Shown piece after piece: positions 56,297 to 64,000 of a stretch of DNA of 64,000 nt. The DNA is from Pseudomonadota bacterium. Lineage in GTDB: Bacteria > Desulfobacterota > Binatia > Binatales > Binataceae. The notes beneath the pieces were generated by a model. It ran no database searches, had not been told where the DNA came from, and saw only the letters and a list, made by a program, of their open reading frames with translations. Numbering within the stretch: the stretch's first letter is position 1; every line of letters begins with the position of its first letter. Location of the stretch: NCBI GenBank assembly GCA_021323945.1, contig JAJPKA010000018.1:162853-226852 (forward strand), in the 5' to 3' direction. The position numbers and the translations under genes were made by a program.

Positions 56297-56935
56297 GTGC
56301 AAAGTTCAGCCCGCGATCTCAATCGGAACGAACATATGAGCGACGCTGCTATGAAACTTAAAACATTTGTGATGAAGCTACGGTCGCGCGCACCGGCAGT
56401 GTCTTCCAAAGTGATACGGACAGCGACACTCCTCCTGATTATCTGTCTGATAACGGTACCAGCTCATTCACAGCGGACTGTTCCCGCCCAGGCTTTGTCC
56501 GCCCACAGTCCCAATGGGGGTTGGTGGACCATCGAAGATGTTTATTCTGCCGCAAAACCGCTATTGGATCCCGATGACGCTGCACGCGGTCACTTTGATG
56601 CATCGCAAACTCCGGAAACCAAGGCGAAGGACTACCCGGACCCTCGACTGCGATTTAACTGGACCAATGTTTCTGCAAACGTTGGCGCAGAGGCCTATGC
56701 CGCAGCCTTGCTAAATACCGAGTACATGAGGATAAATTGGACGCTTTATAGAGGTCTGGCCTTCGCTTCGCTGAACACCAACTATGCCGCTTGGCTCGTT
56801 GGTCTTTCGGATTCCCGATCTCTAACGAACGTTAACGGGATGATTGTCTATCCGCTTTTCGAAATTGACTATGCGCAGTGGCGTCTGCCGGTCGCGCTGT
56901 GCGTACCACCGGCGCGCGAAAGCGGGGTGAAATGA
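56297..56935 (+). CDS. Hypothetical secreted protein
   Basis: Signal peptide (RTATLLLIICLITVPAHSQ). No domain recognised. The real start is probably ATG 56336 or 56351. Confidence 0.4.
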   Translation: MQSSARDLNRNEHMSDAAMKLKTFVMKLRSRAPAVSSKVIRTATLLLIICLITVPAHSQRTVPAQALSAHSPNGGWWTIEDVYSAAKPLLDPDDAARGHFDASQTPETKAKDYPDPRLRFNWTNVSANVGAEAYAAALLNTEYMRINWTLYRGLAFASLNTNYAAWLVGLSDSRSLTNVNGMIVYPLFEIDYAQWRLPVALCVPPARESGVK

Positions 56936-57660
56936 ATAGGTCGCGGCCCAAAATACGAGGCTCGGCCGCGATTGTGCTCATGATTTTGTGCGGCCTGTTG
57001 CCTGGCATGGTCGCAGCCAGCGGCGATAAGATCTGCGACGTGGCTGCGGATCTGGCGTTGGGGAATGAAGACTATCCTGAGGCTATCCTCTTGCACCGTC
57101 GTCTTCTTCAATCTCATCCTCACAACGCACTAGCGCATTATCACCTTGGTTTTGCCTATGGAATGATGGGGTTGAAGCCCAAAGAAATTAATGAATACCG
57201 GACTTCTGTCGGTCTGGGTCTGCGAAGCTGGGATCTGTTCCTAAATCTAGGCCTCGCCTATCTTGACCAGCACCAAATCGCTCAGGCCATCCATGCGCTG
57301 CAAACTGCTGCAGAGCTGGGTCCAGAGCATATGGAAACCCATTTTAATCTTGCAATTGCGTATGAAAGCCGGAACAGGCTCGTCGATGCGTCACGCGAGA
57401 TTGCGATTGCCCAGCGCCTTGCGCCGACGGATCCTGACATCGCCAATATGTCCGCGATCATCTACGCAAAGGCAGGAGATCGGCAGCGTGCGCATCAAAT
57501 CTGGCAGGAAATTGCACGGCATGCTCCGGATTATGAGCCGGCGGCGATCAACTTGGCGCTGTTAAATGCCTCGGGGTTCTGCGATAGTCAGCCCAGCAGT
57601 CTTTCTGAAGCGCCCTGCGCTCCCGCCCGCGCAACATATCACTTCGCCCCGGCGCGCTAA
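56932..57660 (+). CDS. Secreted tetratricopeptide-repeat (TPR) protein
   Basis: Start ATG 56932 overlaps the upstream stop (ATGA). Signal peptide, then TPR-like repeats (AHYHLGFAYGMMG, LFLNLGLAYLDQHQIAQAIHALQTAAELGP, HFNLAIAYESRNR, IYAKAGDRQRAHQIWQE). Confidence 0.65.
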   Translation: MNRSRPKIRGSAAIVLMILCGLLPGMVAASGDKICDVAADLALGNEDYPEAILLHRRLLQSHPHNALAHYHLGFAYGMMGLKPKEINEYRTSVGLGLRSWDLFLNLGLAYLDQHQIAQAIHALQTAAELGPEHMETHFNLAIAYESRNRLVDASREIAIAQRLAPTDPDIANMSAIIYAKAGDRQRAHQIWQEIARHAPDYEPAAINLALLNASGFCDSQPSSLSEAPCAPARATYHFAPAR

Positions 57661-58025
57661 TGCGTCACGAGACGGCGCTACGTGCCTCTCGATGGAAGCT
57701 GACCTCGTTTGCCCCGCGTGAGAAGGCGATTCTGTCTTTCTCGCCCCAACTGGCAAAGCCGTGGTGCTGCGATAGTGTTGCCCGAGCCCGTTTGAAGCCA
57801 ATCTGTCGAACAGTACGGAGTTGCCGTTTTCATCTAAATTGAACTGAGAAACTATCGGTTTAGCGCGCAGGCTCTTTGGTTGATCGCGGCACCGGACGTG
57901 AATTTCAAAAGCCCGAGGCTCTCGATACTCAGGGGTCTGAGTGATTGAAGATTGACCGGGATCGGCACAAAGTTGACTCAAGCGCCGATGCTGGCGTCGA
58001 GCAGGCTGTTGGGAGGATAAGCACC

Positions 58026-58835
58026 ATGGAGCGTGTGCAAGTCAATGGAGTCGATCTAGCCTATCAGCTACGGGGTGTTGGTTCACCGCTGGTAATGATC
58101 CACGGAGCCCAGGGAGATCAAACAATGTTCGATGGCCTCGCTGAGCGATTATCCGATAGTTTTCGCGTCCTCACCTTCGATCAGCGAGGCTCGGGACTAA
58201 GCGAAAAGCCACATTGCGAGTACACTATTGCTCTACTGGCGGACGATACTGCGAGTTTGATGGAACATGTGGGCTTTGAAGCCGCCCACGTGGTCGGCTT
58301 CTCGATGGGAGGAACGATCGCCCAGGAGTTGGCGCTGCGTCATCCGGCCAAGGTTCGTTCTTTGGTTCTGGGATGTACGACACCCGGTGGTACTCGAGCA
58401 GTTCGGATCGAGGGCAACGCGTTTGCCCAGGCCTATTCCACCAAGCCCATGACACCGGAAGAACGGGGCCGAGCACTGGCTGAAGCGGCGTTTACCAAGA
58501 GCTACATTGAGCAGCATCCTGAAGTTGTTCTCGCAATGATCGAGGCGCGCCGTCAGCGACCTTTGGATCCGATCGCCCTAGAGCGCCGGCTGAAGGCCGT
58601 TCTGTCCCACGATGCTTATGATCGTTTGCCCGAGATCGGCTGCCCGACACTAGTAATCACGGGTAGGAATGACGCGCTGGTGGCGTGGCAGAATTCCCAG
58701 TTGCTGGCGGAGCGAATTCCGGGGGCGAGAATAATCGTGTTGGAACCGGCGGGTCACTGCTTCTGGTTGGAGCAGCCGCAGACCACATACGAAGCGATTC
58801 GGGATTTTCTCGACTCGGTTTCTCAACGCAATTAG
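58026..58835 (+). CDS. Alpha/beta-hydrolase fold protein (3-oxoadipate enol-lactonase-like)
   Basis: HGAQGDQTMF (oxyanion region), nucleophile elbow GFSMGG, and the C-terminal PTLVITGRNDALV...AGHCFWLEQP (His). Start at ATG 58026 with GGGAGGA SD. Confidence 0.8.
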   Translation: MERVQVNGVDLAYQLRGVGSPLVMIHGAQGDQTMFDGLAERLSDSFRVLTFDQRGSGLSEKPHCEYTIALLADDTASLMEHVGFEAAHVVGFSMGGTIAQELALRHPAKVRSLVLGCTTPGGTRAVRIEGNAFAQAYSTKPMTPEERGRALAEAAFTKSYIEQHPEVVLAMIEARRQRPLDPIALERRLKAVLSHDAYDRLPEIGCPTLVITGRNDALVAWQNSQLLAERIPGARIIVLEPAGHCFWLEQPQTTYEAIRDFLDSVSQRN

Positions 58836-58959
58836 AGCAATCCGATGGGCGTTCAGCCGAGGCCTAATGTGCTGACAATTAACTCTTCAAATTAAACGCC
58901 AGAGAACAATGGTATCAGCACGCTGCAACTCATGTTTCGAGTTTCACGTGCAATCGCTT

Positions 58960-60129
58960 TTAACCTATGCCCATCATTTCGTTGAAGTTGGTTGCGTAAA
59001 AGCGTTGCTTGGACGCCTCATCAAGGCCTGTCATTGCTTGTTCGAAACGCTTGAGAGGATCTCGCCCTCCCTCAATATGCGGATAGTCTGATGAAAAGAG
59101 GAAAAGTTCGTCGCCAGCCTGCTGAATAATCCAACCGACCGGCTCGGTCGGATGCGGAGTGAACTTAATTTGTCGCCGAACGTAGTCAGACGCCTTGAGC
59201 GGCAGTTTCAAATACGGCTCACTCCGAGCGAATATCTGCTGCGCGATATCGAGGCGCTTGATCCAGGGTACTACCCATAGCGCGCCAAGTTCGATTACTC
59301 CGCATCGCAAGCCAGGAAAGCGTTCGAAGGTTCCGTCGAGCACCATCGCGCTTAGAAACGCCTCCGCCGGCAAGTGCAAAATAGTAAAGTCTTTAGAGTC
59401 GAGATCCTCGCCGCCGCCGAGCCATCCGGTCTTCTCATTTCGCCCATTATTACGGTAGGCGTCTGACATAGGACGGTGACCGCCACCGGGGATCTGACCC
59501 GCCCCTACGTGCAACATGAATGGCACGTGGGCCTCTTGAAGCACTGCCCAGACGCGGTCAAAGACGGGATGGCTGGGGGCGCGCCCTCGAGCAGGCCCCG
59601 CGGGTATCCAGAACGCCTTGCATCCCAGCCGGAGTGCCTCCCTAAGTTCCTGTTCAGCCCGTTCAGGTTCGTCAAGTGGGAGAAACCCGACGGCAATTAG
59701 CCGCGGGTCATTTCGGCAAAAATCGCTGATCCCACGATTGAGGGCCCGCGTCCCTCCGTATAGCAATTCCGGGTCGTACTCGAGCTGTTCATAGAGACCC
59801 CAGAATTGGCTCATCGCCAGGCTCGGAAACACCAGTTGTCGGTTGAAGCCCAACAGGTCGAGCGCGCGGCTGCGCTCAACCGAATCGAAGGCACCGAGCG
59901 CCGCCCAACCTTTGAGCGACATGAAATTTTTTTCGATCTCAACCTGCACCCAGTGGTCTGGAGTCGCGGGGGCGCTTCTCAGGTGTTCTACCATGTTGCC
60001 CGCTTTGGAAAGATCGAGTGGCTTAAGCAAGACCCGTATGTGCGCGTCCGCATACTCGGCCAGCCAATTGGTCGTTTCCATCAGGTGGGCGTCTGCATCG
60101 TTGTAGATACGGCCTTGAGCGTAGGGCAT
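58960..60129 (-). CDS. Amidohydrolase-2 family metal-dependent hydrolase/decarboxylase (ACMSD-like)
   Basis: TIM-barrel amidohydrolase_2 pattern: DADAHLME N-terminal metal-binding HxH-like region, FMLHVG, and SDYPHIEGG near the C-terminus. Confidence 0.7.
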   Translation of the reverse strand: MPYAQGRIYNDADAHLMETTNWLAEYADAHIRVLLKPLDLSKAGNMVEHLRSAPATPDHWVQVEIEKNFMSLKGWAALGAFDSVERSRALDLLGFNRQLVFPSLAMSQFWGLYEQLEYDPELLYGGTRALNRGISDFCRNDPRLIAVGFLPLDEPERAEQELREALRLGCKAFWIPAGPARGRAPSHPVFDRVWAVLQEAHVPFMLHVGAGQIPGGGHRPMSDAYRNNGRNEKTGWLGGGEDLDSKDFTILHLPAEAFLSAMVLDGTFERFPGLRCGVIELGALWVVPWIKRLDIAQQIFARSEPYLKLPLKASDYVRRQIKFTPHPTEPVGWIIQQAGDELFLFSSDYPHIEGGRDPLKRFEQAMTGLDEASKQRFYATNFNEMMGIG

Positions 60130-60288
60130 AGTACCTCAACTGGCTAATCTGTTGGGCGAAAATGCAAGATTGATCGGCGCTTTTGAGCGCCAGGAAGCGC
60201 TCGCGTCACTCGTCTCTTGCCTGACATAGAAAACTGAAGAGTGGGCGATGCACCCATTTCATGATACTCGGCTGGAAAAAGCTCGGAG

Positions 60289-62523
60289 CTACTTGATCAC
60301 CTCGACCGCCACGTTGCCATGACGATCCAGGATCGCCACCGACGAGCCTTCGGGAATCCGGCGCAAAATTAAGGAAACCTTGCCGTCGCCAACCCTCAGA
60401 TTCTCGATTTTGACCCATTCAAGCCATTCTGGCATTTCCGCCGAATCGATGACCAGTTTGCGCTCGAACCCTTTTACCTCGATACCGAGGATCGCCTGTA
60501 AGATCATAAACAGACTAGCGGCGGACCAGGCTTGCGGGTGACAGGCAACCGGATAAGGAACAGGTCCGAGCCGTTCGTCGCGCGGGATGCCACAAAATAA
60601 CTCAGGAAGACTCTCAGTATTGAGATGACCAGCCGCCTCCATGAGCCCCTCGAGGATTCGAATCGCGTCCTGCCGCCTTTTCATGCGTGCCAGTCCCGCC
60701 GCGACCAAGGCGTTATCGTGCGGCCACACGGACCCGTTATGGTAACTCATGGGGTTATAGCGGCGCTCGCGAGAACTAAGAGTTCTAACGCCCCAGCCCG
60801 TGAACATTTCCTCGTCCATCAGCCGGTCGGCCAGTAATTCTGATTGTTCACGGTTGAGCAGGCCAGCGGCAAGACAATGACCAGCGTTTGACGACATCAC
60901 TCGGCACGGCCGCTTATCGCGATCCAGCGCCAATGCGACGGTCCGTTCATCTTCGAGCCAGAAGTCGCGGGAAAAACGGGAGCGTAGCAGTGCGGCACGC
61001 TGGTTGAGCTTGGCTGCCAATTGCGCGTGCCCGAGCCTTTGAGCAACCTCGGCAATGGAGCCATAGGCCGAGTATACGTAAGCCTGCACCTCGCAAAGCG
61101 CGATAGGCGGTTGTGCGAGCGAACCATCGGCGTGCGAGATGGCGTCAAAGGAATCTTTCCATCCTTGGTTGGCCAAGCCGTGGCCCGCCTCACATCGATA
61201 CTCAACGAACATGTCACCGTCGGCATCGCCCCAATGTTCGATCCAGTCCAAGGCGCGCACCGCGTTCGGCCATAATTCCTCAGCCAAGCCGAGATCACCG
61301 GTTGTCTCGACATAGCGGCCTAGCAACCACAAGAACAGTGGCGTTGAATCAACACTGCCATAATAGCGTCCGAAAGGTACCTGGCCCGTGAGCGCCAATT
61401 CGCCGTCGCGGATCTCATGGACGATCTTTCCAGGCTGCTCGTCGCGCTGCTGGTCAATACGCGACCCTTGGAGGCTGGCGAGGCATTTCAGAGTGCCGAC
61501 GGCCAAGGCGGGATTAAACGGGAGCGTGAAAAGGGCTGTGAGAATGCTGTCACGCCCGAATAAAGTTGCATACCAGGGAATTCCAGCCATTAAAAAGGTG
61601 CCCTCGCGAGCGAACCGAATCATCGAAGTCAAGTCTGCCGCCGAGCGACTAAGCAGCAGATTGAAGGATTCGTGGCTGCTCGAGATCCTGGCCCATCCGG
61701 CATCCAGCCGTGCGATCTCGGACCGTCGCTGAGCCAAAGCGTCGGCAAATCGCAGGGGCAATGGTGGGGCTTCACCGCTATCTTCAGTTCCGGCGATGAT
61801 CCGGATCTCAAGATCTCGGTACTCCTCGGGCTGCAAAGTAAAAACGAACGAAGCATGGCGCGGTTGCAACCAGGTGGGCGGCGACTCGAATTCGATTTTG
61901 GTGAATCTGGTTATTGAGTCTGATCCCCGATAGCGGAAGGTTACATTACTGTGTGCGACTCGTGTTTCGTAGTGCCGTGCTGAGTCGGAACGCTTAAATC
62001 CCCGTACCTCGAAGACATCGGCGAAGTCCGCTCCGAAGAGCAGGTCGATCGAGATCTCGACCGGTGTGCGCGCGTAGCTTCGCACCCGCAGCTTGTGAAA
62101 CAGTGCCGGACCCACAATCACACAGCTGCGCTCGAGCTGAATCGAGTTGCGCGGCAGATAGTTTTCTTCACCCCGCGCGCCCAGATCGGGATTGCTCAGA
62201 TTGACGCGCAGTTGCGCATTCTCCTGGCTGACGTCTGAATTAAGGTAGTAGGGCGTTTCACCTGCGATTCTTAGTTCGAAACAACTGAGGTAACGCGTGT
62301 CCCGGTGAAAGAAGCCGAGCGGCTCATCAGGCGACGCAATAATATCGCCACCCGCTTCAAATACCGCGAAGCTTTCGCCGTTGACCAAAACGCGGGTCGC
62401 GCGCCTGGAGAGCCGCACGGAGCTACGAATTTGGAAATCATGATCAGTCTTGCTAACGGGTGGTCCGAATGGCGAATCAACTTGTCCCGAGGTTTGGTCG
62501 CCAATGCTGGGTTGCTTCGTCAC
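60289..62523 (-). CDS. Amylo-alpha-1,6-glucosidase family protein (glycogen-debranching-enzyme-like, GDE_N_bis + GDE_C)
   Basis: N-terminal beta-sandwich (HRDTRYLSCFELRIAGE) and C-terminal (alpha/alpha)6 barrel region with GIPWYATLFGRDS and YHNGSVWPHDNAL motifs. The start is probably a non-ATG codon, since it overlaps the upstream GT4 by 47 nt. Confidence 0.8.
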   Translation of the reverse strand: MTKQPSIGDQTSGQVDSPFGPPVSKTDHDFQIRSSVRLSRRATRVLVNGESFAVFEAGGDIIASPDEPLGFFHRDTRYLSCFELRIAGETPYYLNSDVSQENAQLRVNLSNPDLGARGEENYLPRNSIQLERSCVIVGPALFHKLRVRSYARTPVEISIDLLFGADFADVFEVRGFKRSDSARHYETRVAHSNVTFRYRGSDSITRFTKIEFESPPTWLQPRHASFVFTLQPEEYRDLEIRIIAGTEDSGEAPPLPLRFADALAQRRSEIARLDAGWARISSSHESFNLLLSRSAADLTSMIRFAREGTFLMAGIPWYATLFGRDSILTALFTLPFNPALAVGTLKCLASLQGSRIDQQRDEQPGKIVHEIRDGELALTGQVPFGRYYGSVDSTPLFLWLLGRYVETTGDLGLAEELWPNAVRALDWIEHWGDADGDMFVEYRCEAGHGLANQGWKDSFDAISHADGSLAQPPIALCEVQAYVYSAYGSIAEVAQRLGHAQLAAKLNQRAALLRSRFSRDFWLEDERTVALALDRDKRPCRVMSSNAGHCLAAGLLNREQSELLADRLMDEEMFTGWGVRTLSSRERRYNPMSYHNGSVWPHDNALVAAGLARMKRRQDAIRILEGLMEAAGHLNTESLPELFCGIPRDERLGPVPYPVACHPQAWSAASLFMILQAILGIEVKGFERKLVIDSAEMPEWLEWVKIENLRVGDGKVSLILRRIPEGSSVAILDRHGNVAVEVIK

Positions 62524-63670
62524 CTACGATACCCCCCGTTACAATTTTACCCGTCAACCGGCCGTCTGCGCGAGCCACCGCAAGACGGCCGTCGATTAGG
62601 TCATAATAGATACGTTCGTAATTTGCCGCCATGACGTCGGCGGTAAATCGCGATTCGAATTCAGCCCGACAGCGTTCGCGTGAGAGCGTCGGAATCCGAC
62701 CCACGGCCTGCACGAGCTCCTCAATGGTCGAGCCGATAAATCCCGTTACTCCATCGCGCAATACTTCAGGAACGGACCCGCAGGGGCGCGCGATAACCGG
62801 CGTGCCGCAGGCCAACGCCTCGATCATTACCAAACCAAAAGGCTCGGGCCAGTCGACTGGGAACATAAGGGCGATTGCGTTGCCCAGAAACTCGCTTTTT
62901 TCTCGCTCGCCAATTTCGCCGATAAACTCTATGCCTTCGGCTCCCAGCAGCGGTCGTATTTTACCCTCGAAATATTCCTTATCAGTTGCGTCAACTTTCG
63001 CTGCGATTTTCAAGGGTATCTTGGTGCGCAGCGCGACCTCGATTGCGAGGTCGACGCGCTTCTCGGGGGCTATGCGGCCCAAGAACGCGAGATACTTTCC
63101 TGGCCGCGGATGAAACTGCAGCTGCCCCGGAGGCAAGCCGTGATAAACTGTTCCTACCCAATTTAGCTCCGGCAAAGGCTGCCTTTGAGCGTTACTGATC
63201 GATACCACCGGTGCTTCAGCATAGTACCGATACACCTCAAGCACCTCCGGTATATCGAGACGGCCATGAAGCGTTGCGACGGTGGGCGTGTTTACCAGCC
63301 TCCCAAACGGGAAACTCCAATAATCCAGATGGCAATGGATGATGTCGAAACAACTGGCATTACCGAACACTTCACTGAGCATCGGCAAATGAAGGCTGTT
63401 ACCCCACGGCACCAGTCCCGCAGGTCGGAGAGCATCAGGGCGCATCGGCCGTAACGGAGCAGCCACTGTGGAATCGCCGGATGCGAACAGGGTGACCTCA
63501 TGACCTCGTCGTATCAGTTCCTCCGTCAGGTAGGCGACTACGCGTTCCGTTCCACCATAAAGCTTGGGGGGCACGCTTTCATAAAGCGGGGCAACCTGGG
63601 CAATCCGAAGCCGACGGCGCGGCTGATAGGTTGTGGTTATTTTTTCGTTCATTTGTTGCGTTGTTGCCAT
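62477..63670 (-). CDS. Glycosyltransferase family 4 (GT-B) paired with the GDE-like gene
   Basis: LRIAQVAPLYESVPPKLYGGTERVVAYLTEELIRRGHEVTLFASGDS N-terminal GT4 motif and the C-terminal EPFGLVMIEALACGTPVIA E-x7-E region. Confidence 0.8.
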   Translation of the reverse strand: MATTQQMNEKITTTYQPRRRLRIAQVAPLYESVPPKLYGGTERVVAYLTEELIRRGHEVTLFASGDSTVAAPLRPMRPDALRPAGLVPWGNSLHLPMLSEVFGNASCFDIIHCHLDYWSFPFGRLVNTPTVATLHGRLDIPEVLEVYRYYAEAPVVSISNAQRQPLPELNWVGTVYHGLPPGQLQFHPRPGKYLAFLGRIAPEKRVDLAIEVALRTKIPLKIAAKVDATDKEYFEGKIRPLLGAEGIEFIGEIGEREKSEFLGNAIALMFPVDWPEPFGLVMIEALACGTPVIARPCGSVPEVLRDGVTGFIGSTIEELVQAVGRIPTLSRERCRAEFESRFTADVMAANYERIYYDLIDGRLAVARADGRLTGKIVTGGIVGDEATQHWRPNLGTS

Positions 63671-64000
63671 TCTCCCTAAGGTTGTCGTTCGTGCTTGCGG
63701 CTAGGCTGCGAGGCGCGAGCTGACCAGAACTACATCGCACACACGTCTCGCGCTTCTGCCGGCTCCGCGCCAGATTCGGCGCAGCTGTTAATGCTTCGAT
63801 TAGGCCTTCCTGAGCAAAGCCTAGCCGCCTTGGCATCGGCGGCGAGCGAGAAGTTCTCGCCGCAATCGGGGAGCGAGATCAGCGGACAGTAAAAACCAAC
63901 CGAGCGTCCGAGCGCCTTCCATCGGTGCGCGCTCGTCACCCTGAGTGGACAAAACGTGTACGCCCTTCTTCACAGGATACACGCCCCCTTTGGCGCATGC

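Overview
This is a 64 kb high-GC (~58-60%) bacterial chromosomal window from a Gram-negative-type organism. LPS genes are present (lpxD, a GT9 heptosyltransferase, arnT/arnC and a split arnA-like pair). Coding is dense on both strands with about 60 genes. I saw no CRISPR array, transposase, integrase or rRNA, and there is one tRNA (Phe-GAA). About 70% is housekeeping backbone: rplU-rpmA, ald, gcvH, thiI, apt, pcm, murF, purE, gatA-gatB, recD2, lpxD, hsp20, a sigma-54 activator and an SPFH/NfeD pair. Four regions stand out. (1) 13.9-22.4 kb is a seven-gene minus-strand cassette: luciferase-like monooxygenase, a stand-alone NRPS-type adenylation enzyme, a carrier protein translationally coupled to it by ATGA, a hexapeptide acyltransferase, a NodU/CmcH carbamoyltransferase, an FAD/NAD(P) oxidoreductase and an ATP-grasp ligase. 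It sits among GT2/GT4 glycosyltransferases. I read it as an undescribed carrier-protein-dependent pathway that decorates an envelope glycan or makes a small metabolite. (2) 42.9-44.3 kb encodes a secreted protein built from three tandem cupredoxin (type-1 copper) domains. The third domain has lost the His and Met copper ligands. (3) 53.1-55.8 kb lies next to tRNA-Phe. It holds a thiocyanate-hydrolase/toyocamycin-NHase-like cobalt-type nitrile hydratase operon with the beta subunit split into two genes plus an accessory gene. Beside it is a decayed NicO/NhlF-type Ni/Co transporter pseudogene. (4) 30.4-35.4 kb is an arn-like lipid modification operon whose ArnA is split into separate formyltransferase and decarboxylase genes, with no ArnB in the window. 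Smaller observations include a perfect 2x26 bp AT-rich tandem repeat upstream of the sigma-54 activator, a DnaQ-exonuclease::GIY-YIG (Cho-like) fusion convergent with recD2, and an orphan hairpin+T8 element in the cassette leader. All calls rest on motif-level reading of the six-frame translations; no database searches were run.
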